A DNA stretch of 64,000 nt, taken from IMG/VR virus record IMGVR_UViG_3300044635_001707, positions 924 through 64,923 of that record; one strand, given 5' to 3'. Source of the DNA: a virus. Taxonomy: Duplodnaviria > Caudoviricetes. Made by a program: the position numbers and the translations under genes. Positions 49,853 through 60,004 of the stretch are shown here, one piece after another (position 1 is the first letter of the stretch; each line of letters opens with the position of its first letter). The notes beneath the pieces were generated by a model. The model saw nothing but the letters and a program-made list of their open reading frames with translations. It did not search any database and was not told where the DNA came from.

Positions 49853-49982
49853 GTGACCTCTTACTAGGTTACTTTCCCTGCGGACTCGGTGTTAGTCGCA
49901 CCATCCGGCGAGGGGATTACATGATAATTATAACACACTTATAGGTATTTCGGATAGTTGCGTTATGGTTTCGATAAGTAGA

Positions 49983-50978
49983 CTATAACCACTGCTCAAT
50001 AACAGCTTTTGCGACTTGTTCGGTCATGCGTGGTGGCACACTCATTCCTATCATGTATTTGCCTATCTTATCGGTTTTAGCTTGGTAATCGTCAGGGAAT
50101 GAGCCAAGACGTTTATATTCGCGGTAGGTGAAATCGCTGAATTTCATATCCTTAGAGACTAATTCTTTAGATCCGCCAGCCGTAAGCGTGGGAGATGGAC
50201 AATCCATAGACCAATCCCATGAATGATTAGGTTTAGCTTTTGCCCAGTCTTTCATTAAATGACGATGATTTGTAGCGGTAACTAATCGAAAGCTTGATAA
50301 ATCCCTTAAATCACTTGTAGCCTCACCTGCACTAATCCATCTAGACTTGGGAGCTAAAAGTAATTTAGGTTTATTAATATCATTACGTAAAGCGATAAAA
50401 AATACCCGTTCTCGTTTTTGTGGCACTCCACAATCAGCGGCATTAACTAGAAACAACTGAGGTTTATATCCAATATCTCTAAACCTATCAATTACCATTT
50501 TGCAGTAACCTTTAGCGTTACCTTGCAACATACCTTTAACATTTTCAGCTATAGCAACTCTAGGTTTTAAATATTCAACTAAGTTTAGATAATCAAAGAA
50601 TAAATCATCTAAAACTTGTTCGGCTTGACCTTCCCTAAAATGCTTCTTTTTACCCCATGCCTTTTCTCTGCTACCTGCCATACTGAACGTAGAGCATGGC
50701 GGGCTACCATCCAATATATCTAAATGGTAAAGTTCATCAGGCAATTCTTTCTTCAACAAATCTTTAATAGGACACAGAAAATAATGTTTAGGTTTGAGGT
50801 TTAGTTTGTAATGATAAGCCATTTCAGAGTCAATATCATTAGCGGCAATTACGTCACAACCTGCTAATTTATAACCCATAGAACTCCCACCACCACAACT
50901 AAAAGTTGACATAACTTTTAATCCGTTCTGTGGGATGTCTTTTAAATCTTTTAAGTACCACGCTATAGGATTGCTCAT
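49983..50978 (-). CDS. DNA (cytosine-5) methyltransferase
   Basis: FSCGGGSSMG, GSPPCSTFS, ENVKG, QKRERVF, IGMSVPP. Confidence 0.93.
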   Translation of the reverse strand: MSNPIAWYLKDLKDIPQNGLKVMSTFSCGGGSSMGYKLAGCDVIAANDIDSEMAYHYKLNLKPKHYFLCPIKDLLKKELPDELYHLDILDGSPPCSTFSMAGSREKAWGKKKHFREGQAEQVLDDLFFDYLNLVEYLKPRVAIAENVKGMLQGNAKGYCKMVIDRFRDIGYKPQLFLVNAADCGVPQKRERVFFIALRNDINKPKLLLAPKSRWISAGEATSDLRDLSSFRLVTATNHRHLMKDWAKAKPNHSWDWSMDCPSPTLTAGGSKELVSKDMKFSDFTYREYKRLGSFPDDYQAKTDKIGKYMIGMSVPPRMTEQVAKAVIEQWL

Positions 50979-51529
50979 TCTTTACTATTAAATTCAAAAC
51001 CACATTTAGGACATTTATGCTCAAAGTCAAATTCATCTACATCAACCTCTTTGGATGATGATTCTGGTATATTTCCATCCCCACCACTGCCACATTCACC
51101 ATCCCCATCATCCTTCTGCACATCATCCAAAAAACTCAACTCCAGTTCCCCAAACCCAGTCAAACTTAACTCAAAATCATCATCCTGCAAAAACTCAAAA
51201 TCAATCTTCAGTAGTTCCGGGTCAAACCCCGTATTCATTGTCAGCTTATTATGCGCTAACCGATAGGCCACCTTCTGAGCATCGGTCAACCCCGTCACCT
51301 GAATTACGGGAATAGTTTTGTCACCGCGTTTTTTAGCTGCCAATAGCCGACCATGGCCTTCTAGTAATTCACCCTTCTCATCCACTGCCACCGGGTCGAG
51401 AAACGTAAACTCTTCTATAGAATTAGCTATCTGTTCCACATGGGAATCAGGATGTAGCTTTGCGTTATTCGCATAAGGGCTTAAACGCTCAATATCCCAC
51501 TCTTCTACTTGGCTTCGTTTAATAGTCAT
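50975..51529 (-). CDS. ParB-like N-terminal domain protein
   Basis: LSPYANNAKLH..QIANSIEEF..EGHGRLLAA..AYRLAHNKL; C-terminal CPKCG. Confidence 0.85.
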   Translation of the reverse strand: MTIKRSQVEEWDIERLSPYANNAKLHPDSHVEQIANSIEEFTFLDPVAVDEKGELLEGHGRLLAAKKRGDKTIPVIQVTGLTDAQKVAYRLAHNKLTMNTGFDPELLKIDFEFLQDDDFELSLTGFGELELSFLDDVQKDDGDGECGSGGDGNIPESSSKEVDVDEFDFEHKCPKCGFEFNSKE

Positions 51530-51634
51530 GCAATTACAGGTAAAATTTAATGCAATTTTAGCATGAGAAAAATATTTTAAAAATACGGACAATTTTCTCT
51601 TGACACGGACAAAACACTATGGCATTATATAAAT

Positions 51635-52010
51635 ATAGAGGCAAGGGAAGCACCCCAAGCCTCTAAATCAAACAAGCATAGCGTTAAGGAAATTATATCA
51701 TGGTTATCAACTATTACTGTTTTGACAAAATCGAGAAAGACGACCTAGGTTGTCTTTGGGGCTACAAAGGAAACAATTTCTGTGAGGTGTTTCCTTTATC
51801 TGACGATGATACGGAGGCAGATTTAGTTAAAAACGGATTTGCTAAATGCGATTCGGAAAATACGGAGACTTTCCTCGTGGAGGAAAGCTCTATATTGAAG
51901 AACCAAGATGGTTCTTGGGAGCTAAGATAAAAACCACAATAATAGAGGCAAGGGAAGCACCCCAAGCCTCTAAATCAAACAAGCATAGCGTTAAGGAAAT
52001 TATATCATGG
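51635..52010 (+). repeat. 69-bp exact direct repeat of a leader (51635-51703, 51942-52010)
   Basis: ATAGAGGCAAGGGAAGCACCCCAAGCCTCTAAATC...AAGGAAATTATATCATGG twice, each ending at a start codon. Confidence 0.9.
51700..51930 (+). CDS. Small acidic hypothetical protein
   Basis: After leader copy 1. Confidence 0.7.
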   Translation: MVINYYCFDKIEKDDLGCLWGYKGNNFCEVFPLSDDDTEADLVKNGFAKCDSENTETFLVEESSILKNQDGSWELR

Positions 52011-52306
52011 CTTATTCATCAACAGTAATAGGTAATCTATATGCGGCGTTTGTCGTAACAGACGCATGGAATAACCACCTTGAAAAAATCAGCAATATTT
52101 CCGCAGCCGTAGCGGATGCAATCGCTAAATACGGCATCGGAGAAGAAGTCTGCGATGATGGACAGTATGATTTCGAGTCCGGACAGTTGTTAGGTTGCGT
52201 CCCTAGCTCCATCAAGCGTGAGTTAGAGGAAGAGATTGAGTCTTGCTACGACTCAATCTGTAACTTAGCGAAAGCATACGCCGAGTATGTTGTGGAAAAT
52301 TCATAA
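52007..52306 (+). CDS. Small acidic hypothetical protein
   Basis: After leader copy 2. Confidence 0.7.
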   Translation: MAYSSTVIGNLYAAFVVTDAWNNHLEKISNISAAVADAIAKYGIGEEVCDDGQYDFESGQLLGCVPSSIKRELEEEIESCYDSICNLAKAYAEYVVENS

Positions 52307-52492
52307 AAACAATCACAAATCCCCTCGTAGAGGGGACAATGATTGGGAATTGGAGGATAGTGAAATTTGTTGCTTCTGACTCCGATTCCAAGCACTCTTA
52401 ATAAAGACTCGCGGAGTCAAATTAAGCGAAACAAGGAAAGCTGAAAAGCTTCGCAACTTAGAAGAATTGAAATAACCAAGAAAGGAGATCCA

Positions 52493-52747
52493 ATGTCAAA
52501 CAAATCAAATGCGTGCAAAACAGACGGCACCCTAAAAGGATGCTTTGTCATCCAAAACGAAAAAAAATGGGAGTTTACGATTGTAGACCCCTGGAACAGA
52601 GGGTTTTACCGCACACCAGACCCAAAAAGATTTGCTTCTCTTGAAGAGGCAGAAAAGTTTGTTAAAGAAAACAACATAAAAGGCACTATTGTGAAGGGCT
52701 GGTGCGACCCTTCCCAGGGATTTTTCCCAGGGGAGTTCCCTGGATAA
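52493..52747 (+). CDS. Hypothetical protein
   Basis: AAGGAG RBS. Confidence 0.65.
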   Translation: MSNKSNACKTDGTLKGCFVIQNEKKWEFTIVDPWNRGFYRTPDPKRFASLEEAEKFVKENNIKGTIVKGWCDPSQGFFPGEFPG

Positions 52748-52998
52748 TGACTAGAAAACAGGAGAGTATAACGCTCTCCCTTTCATTGGAACAGAAAGCC
52801 GAACTCGAAAACATAGCCTTAGAGTTCGGTTATTTGTGGGGTGAAAAACCCAATATATCAGCATTAATCAAAGCAATAGCAAAAGGCGAGCTATTGCTGA
52901 TAAAACCCGAATCATCTGGAAAGCAAAATCGGGTATTAGCCAAGGATGCGATCGCCAGCATCCAAGATGCGATTACATTGTTGGAGTTAATAGCCTGA
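52747..52998 (+). CDS. RHH-like protein resembling the N-terminus of cyanobacterial WYL regulators
   Basis: MTRKQESITLSLSLEQKAELENIALEFGYLWGEKPNISALIKAIA. Confidence 0.65.
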   Translation: MTRKQESITLSLSLEQKAELENIALEFGYLWGEKPNISALIKAIAKGELLLIKPESSGKQNRVLAKDAIASIQDAITLLELIA

Positions 52999-53039
52999 CC
53001 TTAGCAAGTCGTTAAACTGCTGTGTCATAATGTAGCCAA

Positions 53040-53369
53040 TCAAGTTACCTGGTATGTAACTTGATTGGCTTTCTTATTGCTACAGACTACCTGCTCAACG
53101 CTGTTTACTTGAGAAATAATGAACGCCACCACATAGGACAAGCACAAAGCAAGAGGGATATTTTCTTCATCAGGAGTGCAGTATATTCTGCATTTGCCAA
53201 CTTTAATATATCCCGTGCAACCAGCAGGAGTCTCCTTTATCTCTGCGTTGAAGCATCCAATTTTAATCAGTGCAATATTTTGATTTGCCCCAAGAAATAT
53301 TTCTATTTCACTAGTTTTAAACCAGCTTTCAATTGTGTCTTTAAAAGATTTCTTGCACATCATTGTCAT
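53040..53369 (-). CDS. Hypothetical protein
   Basis: ORF track. Confidence 0.45.
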   Translation of the reverse strand: MTMMCKKSFKDTIESWFKTSEIEIFLGANQNIALIKIGCFNAEIKETPAGCTGYIKVGKCRIYCTPDEENIPLALCLSYVVAFIISQVNSVEQVVCSNKKANQVTYQVT

Positions 53370-53380
53370 TGTTTTTTAGA

Positions 53381-53932
53381 TTATCTAAACTGAATAACGC
53401 CATTTTCATCAGGCTCAAAATAACAACAAGTCCCACAATTACCCGAAGGATTAACAGCGCATTTTAAATATACCCTAACATCTTTTGGACTCAAAAACTT
53501 ACACCGCAATCCCATGTTTTTACTAATACGGTCAAACAATAATGGATGCAAATTTGATTTTATAGATGCGCTATTTATGTATATTCTGTCTATGTTTTTG
53601 TGGTCACTAAATAAATAAAACCGCACATCAAACTTACCAGTCTTTTTGTTTTTGGTGTAGCTAATCGCTGCTAAATTAAAAAGTATATTAAATCCAGTGC
53701 CTTCATCAGCAATATCTAAAAATACCTCCTCGCTTTTTTGAATTTTAAAGCCATTATCATATTTATATCCAATCAACTGAAAATCACATCTTTGGAGAAA
53801 TTCAGTTACCACAGCCTTATTTTGCAAAAGAGCAAAACTAGCTGCAATCGAAACGTAATTCTGTACTTTCTTGTCCTCACAAACAAATTGCGAGCCATCC
53901 CAGGTTAATTCAATTTCGGTTGTTATATTCAT
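53381..53932 (-). CDS. Hypothetical protein with C-terminal CAVNP..C..C motif
   Basis: C.F..YLKCAVNPSGNCGTCCYFE. Confidence 0.55.
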   Translation of the reverse strand: MNITTEIELTWDGSQFVCEDKKVQNYVSIAASFALLQNKAVVTEFLQRCDFQLIGYKYDNGFKIQKSEEVFLDIADEGTGFNILFNLAAISYTKNKKTGKFDVRFYLFSDHKNIDRIYINSASIKSNLHPLLFDRISKNMGLRCKFLSPKDVRVYLKCAVNPSGNCGTCCYFEPDENGVIQFR

Positions 53933-54096
53933 TCTTTTGCATACAACAAGTGTAATATTAATTCGCATTTTCAACATCAATTTATCATTGCAAATACATC
54001 TGTAAAATGTTAAAATATACAAAAATAAAGTAGTGAATCTGTTGACGCAGATTCACTATTGCCACAACCTCTACACAGGCTGATGACACCAATATT

Positions 54097-55665
54097 ATGA
54101 CACAATTAGAGCTAATCAAGAAAGAAATTCAACAACCCAAACTCAGAGATTATCAGATTGACTTTATCAGAGATATTTACAATGAAATTCGTAAAGGTGA
54201 GAAGCGAATTTTAGGAGTATCCGGCACCGGATCAGGTAAAACAGTTATTGCATCCAGGATGGTAGCTGATGCTGTTAGTCGTGGGCGCAAAGTATTGTTT
54301 ATTGTCCATTTAGATGTATTAGTGGGACAAACTTATGAGAAATTTTCCGCATTTGGGCTAGAATGTGGATTCATTAAATCAGGATGGAGTGAAAATCAAA
54401 ACGCTTTAGTACAAATTGCATCGGCTCAAACATTGCACCGCCGGAATTGGTGGCGAGATGGATTTGTACCAGATATAATTATCTGCGATGAAGCACACGA
54501 GACCGCATGGATATCCGTAGTATCCGAGTTGCTTGAAGAGAACGAAAACGCCATAAAAATCGGGCTGACCGCTACACCTTACCGATTATCAAAGAAGCAG
54601 GGCATGGCTGACAAGTTTGATGTGCTAGTAGCTGCACCCACGCCAGGAGAACTAATGAACAAAGGTTTTCTTGTTCCTGCCACTTACTACGGCATCAAGC
54701 AGCCTGATTTATCCAAAGTCAAAACCATAGCTGGAGACTATTCCGAAAGCGGACTAAGCGAAGTTATGAACGATAGCGACGTTCTAGACTCAATGCTACG
54801 CAACTGGCAACGACTAGCTAGTAACAGAAAGACCATCGCTTTTGCGGTTGATGTCAAGCATTCAAAAGCGATCGCACAAAAATTCAATGACAACGGAATA
54901 GTCGCAGAACACCTGGACGGAGACACCCCAGGGCATATCAGAAAACAAATGTTTGAGCGGTTAGCAATAGGTAAGACTCAGGTATTGTCATCCTGCAAAG
55001 CACTCCAGATAGGGTTTGACTGCCCACCCGCCGACTGCGTGCTGATGTGTCGTCCTACTAAGTCCAAGTCAATTTACTTTCAACAATTGGGGCGTGGCTT
55101 GCGTCCATCTCCAGGTAAAAAAGATTGCATGGTGCTAGACCAGGCTGGCAATGTCGCCAGATTTGGTTTTGTGGAAGATATCAAGAAATTTAGTCTAACC
55201 AAGGGCAAAGAATCACAAGGTGAAGCACCAGTTAAATGTTGTCCCGATTGCCAAAAAATTCTCTATTGCTTTGTGATGAAATGCCCACAATGCAGCCATG
55301 TTTTCCCCAGGCAGGATGTAGAAAAACCAACTGGCGAGATGTTTGCATTAAAGTCAAAAGCCAAAAAATCAAAAGCTAAATCAAGCGATGACTCGCTACT
55401 TGAAGAGAAGATTAACTTTGTAAAAGAATCGCTTCAAAAAGTCTGGAAATACAAAATAAAACCAGGCTGGGTGTATTTCCAATTTAAAGAAAAGTTTGGA
55501 ACAACGCCCCATAGACAAATGTTCTTGCATGGAATTTTTGGGGAAAATCCAACAGAAGAAGACAAGCAAAATTACTGGACTTTTCTGATGGCTAAATCTG
55601 AAAACGACATCACTTATTCCCAAAGGTATTACTCATGGGAATTCGGGGAAAATAGAACAGCATGA
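54097..55665 (+). CDS. SF2 DEAD/DEAH-box helicase with Zn ribbon
   Basis: LRDYQ, GTGSGKT, DEAH, GLTATP, QQLGRGLR, CPDC..CPQC. Confidence 0.92.
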   Translation: MTQLELIKKEIQQPKLRDYQIDFIRDIYNEIRKGEKRILGVSGTGSGKTVIASRMVADAVSRGRKVLFIVHLDVLVGQTYEKFSAFGLECGFIKSGWSENQNALVQIASAQTLHRRNWWRDGFVPDIIICDEAHETAWISVVSELLEENENAIKIGLTATPYRLSKKQGMADKFDVLVAAPTPGELMNKGFLVPATYYGIKQPDLSKVKTIAGDYSESGLSEVMNDSDVLDSMLRNWQRLASNRKTIAFAVDVKHSKAIAQKFNDNGIVAEHLDGDTPGHIRKQMFERLAIGKTQVLSSCKALQIGFDCPPADCVLMCRPTKSKSIYFQQLGRGLRPSPGKKDCMVLDQAGNVARFGFVEDIKKFSLTKGKESQGEAPVKCCPDCQKILYCFVMKCPQCSHVFPRQDVEKPTGEMFALKSKAKKSKAKSSDDSLLEEKINFVKESLQKVWKYKIKPGWVYFQFKEKFGTTPHRQMFLHGIFGENPTEEDKQNYWTFLMAKSENDITYSQRYYSWEFGENRTA

Positions 55666-55719
55666 TTTCCCAGTAAATATTCACGACAAGCGCTCGCCAT
55701 TGGCGGGCTTTTTTGTGCA

Positions 55720-56564
55720 TCAATACGGCACTTCCGCCATATTCCCCAATGGGTCTACCTTGATATCAGTGACAATCTTCCTGGCTTGTGTAGCAACAAA
55801 GCCAGCTTTCTTGACCATACGCTCCCACAAAGAACGGAACAGTCCTTTGCGTCTTTTCCAGTGGAAAATAACCGCTTTGACGGCTGGTATGCAGGGGGCT
55901 TCAACCACAATATCCCCAATACCGTAGTATGTACCCCGGAAATCATGCAGGGCAAAGAACAGCGCATTGTACAACTCAACCATCAGCATACCACCGTGGT
56001 CGGGCATACAATTAAATGCCGTAATGTCTTCAGAGTGCTTGAGGCTTTCGTTAATCCTATCCCGACGCACCTGATCAAATACCTGATAGAAGATGAGCAT
56101 CTTAGCAATATCAACTCGCTCTAGAACCGGTGGTGTGGCCACGCCGTGACCAGGTACACCAGCGCGTTTACCCCACGCCGCACCCTTGGGGCGATTCTCC
56201 AAATCATACCAAAATAGTCCCCAGGATATCTGGAGTTTTCGGTATGTGAGCAGCGTCTTAGTGTTGTGATACGCTCCAGCCCAGCAATGCTGAAGATATC
56301 CTTCCGTAAAGTCTAGGGGTACTGTAATCTGCACATTGCCCTGGGCAGAGCAGGCAAGCAGGTTGTTCCAATTCTCAGGGACTACCCTGTCTATGCCCTC
56401 TTCTCGTCTGATTGCCTGGTAATCCGTGGCTGCACGCCACACCAGGGAATTAAGGATGCCCATGTGAGTAAATAGCTGGCGGTCGGTCAAGGTCTCCGAT
56501 GCCGCAAAAGCCAACTCTTTAATTTCTAGGATTTGATTTTTTGAGAGAATTGTGTTATTATTCA
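55720..56564 (-). CDS. Hypothetical protein
   Basis: Long ORF; start uncertain. Confidence 0.6.
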
Positions 56565-57093
56565 TATAGATGATGAATAAAGTTTGCATTGCAAGAATCT
56601 TGTAATGTGCGCGCACTGGCATTAGTCAGTGCGTTTTGCTTTTACCCGACCACCGCAACATCACGATTATAACACCATATCCAATATTATGCAAGCGGCT
56701 GAAACCCTTGCTGTATCTACATCTCTACTTTTACTTACAGTATCCTTCTCATCCAGTGGAGACTGCTCATTTGGATTTTTTCTTTTGGAAATTCCTTTCT
56801 TTGAACTTAATTCCCATAATCTCTGCATCATGAGAAGGATACTGTAAGTAAAACGCCAAATCCTTGCAGGGTAAGCGGTTCACCGTCAAGCTAGTTAAAG
56901 CTGTTGCGATGATTGTACTGATACAGGCGTCAAGATTGTGACTTTTGTAAAATTCAGTATAAATCTAAGATAAAATCTATTGACAATTAATCTGAGATAA
57001 ATTACATTGATTACATGAGAGGCAAAACACTAATCCCAAAACAACCCGCAAGCCTCACGGGGTGCAGATGGTAGGGACTCTGTATTAAGGAGT

Positions 57094-57372
57094 ATGTCTG
57101 AAAACAAACAAGAACTTTCTCCCGTTCTAAAAGGATTTCTTAATATTGTTATTAAGGAAGACGGAATAGTACAAATGTACCGCAATCAAGAGCTAATTTT
57201 AGAGTCTTGTAATTATTCGGATGATGTGGATATTTTGGGAGGCATAACCGGACTCCCAAGTGTCTACGAACAATTAAATGCATACTCCATTGCCAATCCT
57301 TTGGCAACTAAAGAAGCCCTCATCATAAAGGCTAAAGAGTTCATCCTTTATGAACAAATGCATGGAGAATAA
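57094..57372 (+). CDS. Hypothetical protein
   Basis: AAGGAG RBS; promoter TTGACA-17-TACATT at 56980. Confidence 0.7.
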   Translation: MSENKQELSPVLKGFLNIVIKEDGIVQMYRNQELILESCNYSDDVDILGGITGLPSVYEQLNAYSIANPLATKEALIIKAKEFILYEQMHGE

Positions 57373-57495
57373 TTTTGATGCAAAAATTTAATATCGCCTA
57401 AGTATGCCGAATGCCGAAAGGTAGGCTTGCATCTCAGGTTCGATGCCTGAGACGATCATTCCCCGAAACCGTTATTCAATAGGGGAGTCAATAAA

Positions 57496-57804
57496 ATGCA
57501 GATAAAGATAACCGAAAAAAACAGCTTCGCGCTGATAGAAATTCTTGCAGAAAATGGCAACCCTGCCAGCCCCCAAAATCCACTCGATGAGCAATCAGAA
57601 TTGGGGAAAGTCAATTTCCCCGAAGCCAACGGACAGTTGGCTGTCATTAGCGGGATGCCAGTCAGTGCGGTCGCACTAGTGGCACTGCACTACAAAAATC
57701 TCTTTGGCGCGACTGCTATCGCCAATCCCCGTCTTGGGGTGGCACTGGTGGTTCACTCCACCAACCCAGCCTACCCACTGGGTGCGTCAATCCCTTTGGC
57801 GTAA
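57496..57804 (+). CDS. Csx3/Crn3-like protein
   Basis: AVISG.P......HY......ANPRLG..LVVHS resembles Csx3 VISGRGP..H..YDPRLG.VVV.SH; similar length. Confidence 0.7.
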   Translation: MQIKITEKNSFALIEILAENGNPASPQNPLDEQSELGKVNFPEANGQLAVISGMPVSAVALVALHYKNLFGATAIANPRLGVALVVHSTNPAYPLGASIPLA

Positions 57805-58059
57805 TTGACCTGTGGCAGAACCGCACCGTTAAAAAGCGCGGTAGACCTGCCACAGGCCAGGGTGAATCAAGGTATATTCCTCTTGAGCTATTGCCTGCCG
57901 TGGACAAGCTTCTAGAGGAATACAGAAAGTAATAAAAATCCCTAGTCAATGGCTGGGGATTTTTATTTTGAAAATATTTTATTTTAGTATTGACATTATA
58001 GAGAAATTATTCTATAGTGTAAGAAGTTCAGGGAAACAAAAAATAAAGGAGTCAGGGAA

Positions 58060-58398
58060 ATGACAAATATTACAGCAATTAAAGTGGACGATTTTGATTC
58101 AACTAGCCTATCCTCCTCTATTAGGAGAGTAGGCGCAGAAAATTTTTCTGAAAATTTTCAAGAAGGCGATTGTTGGGTTGCGTGTCCCCAACAACTGTTG
58201 GCGAAAGACATCAAAAAAATAACAGTCATTTCGAGAAAGTTAGAGGATATAGTTTTGATAGAGTTTGGAAATAAGGACAAAATCAGAATAAAAAAATTTG
58301 AGGGAGGGAATCCGAGGGAGTGTATCGAGGAGGCGAATTTAGACTTTGAACACTTCGATTTAGATATATCAAACTTAAACAACTGGCTAATTGATTAA
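58060..58398 (+). CDS. Hypothetical protein
   Basis: After repeated promoter. Confidence 0.7.
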   Translation: MTNITAIKVDDFDSTSLSSSIRRVGAENFSENFQEGDCWVACPQQLLAKDIKKITVISRKLEDIVLIEFGNKDKIRIKKFEGGNPRECIEEANLDFEHFDLDISNLNNWLID

Positions 58399-58490
58399 CT
58401 AGCAACGTTAATCAATTAGCCAAGTTAACGAGTAACTGTAGTTTATTATTGCAGTTACTTTTTCTATCTCTTAACTAAGGAAATGAAACA

Positions 58491-58688
58491 ATGACTACAT
58501 ACCATATTGTATACGCAGAAAGAGAGTTTGCGAGAGAGATGGGCGACCCGATACTATGCATAATAGATGCTTCTTCAGAGCAAGAAGCATTAAAAAATTG
58601 CGCTGTCAGAAGCGGGATTATGGAGGTGAAAGCAATTCTCGCTAAAACGAAAGTTCAAAATACAGACCACCACACGGAAACAGAATAA
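58491..58688 (+). CDS. Small hypothetical protein
   Basis: AAGGA RBS. Confidence 0.55.
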   Translation: MTTYHIVYAEREFAREMGDPILCIIDASSEQEALKNCAVRSGIMEVKAILAKTKVQNTDHHTETE

Positions 58689-58946
58689 TTATCTTAATTA
58701 CCAGGTCTGCTGAACCATATTTTTAAACTGAGTATATTCAGCATCGAACAGGAACTTCACAGTTCCTGTTAGTCCATTTCTGTGTTTAGCAATTATAGTC
58801 TCTGAAACCCGGCTTCTAGAGGAATACAGAAAGTAAAAGAAATCCCTAGTTAATAGCTGGGGATTTTTATTTTAAAAATATTTTATTTTAGTATTGACAT
58901 TATAGAGAAATTATTCTATAGTGTAAGAAATTAAGGAAAAAGAAAG

Positions 58947-59498
58947 ATGCTATTAACAAAAACTGAACTGTATCCGCAATTTGAGCAAATAAAATTCAAG
59001 GTTGAAAGATTTTTCAACCTATTTGCTCAAATCGAAATAGTCAGACGTTCCTCCTGTGATATCGGATCTCTCCCCGAAGATATCGCATTAATCGTTTATG
59101 TCCCATACATAAACGCATGGTATGAGTCTAAACCTGACTCTAGAGGTAAAACCGCTAAATGTAAAAAAGAATTTTTTGATTTATCTTCTACCGAAAGCTT
59201 AGAAGATAAATACCATAAATATTTCAAAACCTCTGAGACTCTAGAGTTCCAAAAGGTCACTTTCTTACGTCCTTATGATTTTGAAAGGAAAAATCATGAA
59301 AAGCTATACGCTTCATCAAGAGATGCAAAAAAAACGAATAAAGAAGGTTATTACTTTGAATTTGAGCTTGCTGAATTAGATTCAGTAATTCAAATTCCTG
59401 AAAAATTATTGTATCCCAATAATTTAAAAAAGAAATTGTTTTCTTTTGCCACAGACAGCTTTGAAAACTGTCTGCTGTCAAAAACGATTCGATTTTAA
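58947..59498 (+). CDS. Hypothetical protein
   Basis: After repeated promoter. Confidence 0.7.
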   Translation: MLLTKTELYPQFEQIKFKVERFFNLFAQIEIVRRSSCDIGSLPEDIALIVYVPYINAWYESKPDSRGKTAKCKKEFFDLSSTESLEDKYHKYFKTSETLEFQKVTFLRPYDFERKNHEKLYASSRDAKKTNKEGYYFEFELAELDSVIQIPEKLLYPNNLKKKLFSFATDSFENCLLSKTIRF

Positions 59499-59500
59499 AG

Positions 59501-59944
59501 ATGAACCTCTCTCAAGTCCTCCACAAAATCTTGAGCAATTACAAAAGCATCTATGATGCTGCTCAGGAAATCTCGCTGCAAACAGGCGAGAAATTAGACA
59601 CAGTACACCACCGATTGTCCAAGTGGTGTAAAAAAGACCCTGAAACATGGGTCAAAATCAACCAAGCTTTAAACTTGCTTGGTTATGAAATCCAAATCAA
59701 GAAGCGAGGCAATATGAAAGCAATGTTAACTTCCAAAACACTGGCAGGGTCTGGTGGACTTGTCTCTGTAATCTATGAGGTCGTAGATTACGACGAAAGA
59801 GAGAATGCTATTTACGGCATCATTGATACCAATTTCAGGGGCATTGCCCTTGTAATTGAAGAAACTCCAGCCTCAAGAAAGGTTGAGGTTTACGCGACAG
59901 AATTACCTGTGCTTTCTCTTTTGAGAGAGTACGTGGACTTTTAA
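59501..59944 (+). CDS. HTH-containing protein
   Basis: SIYDAAQEIS..VHHRLSKW..P..ALNLLGYEIQI. Confidence 0.55.
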   Translation: MNLSQVLHKILSNYKSIYDAAQEISLQTGEKLDTVHHRLSKWCKKDPETWVKINQALNLLGYEIQIKKRGNMKAMLTSKTLAGSGGLVSVIYEVVDYDERENAIYGIIDTNFRGIALVIEETPASRKVEVYATELPVLSLLREYVDF

Positions 59945-60004
59945 GTATTTGCGGAACTCCTTAGTTCCGCGAATACCCTGTCCAATAACTGGAGATTTTT
60001 AAAC

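Noticed and set aside
52318-52340. CCCCTCGTAGAGGGG hairpin as a solitary CRISPR repeat (RNA anti-CRISPR)
   Set aside because: No GTT 5' end or GAAAC/GAAAG 3' handle
57018-57085. GGCAAA..CGCAAGCC..ATGGTAG resembling a c-di-GMP-I riboswitch
   Set aside because: No GNRA-capped P2 stem or tetraloop receptor; better explained as a GAGGC/GCCTC leader hairpin
57393-57425. GCCTAA..TGCC.AATGCCG resembling a twister ribozyme 5' end
   Set aside because: Lacks the downstream conserved segment and pseudoknot partners
57800-57933. Short frame KKRGRPATGQGESRYIPLELL..EEYRK after the Csx3-like gene
   Set aside because: Looks like an AT-hook/RHH regulator but has no convincing start or RBS, so not called as a gene
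58700-58780. CTGCTGA..CGAAC..GTT resembling a sixth hammerhead
   Set aside because: Core has substitutions and stems I and II do not pair
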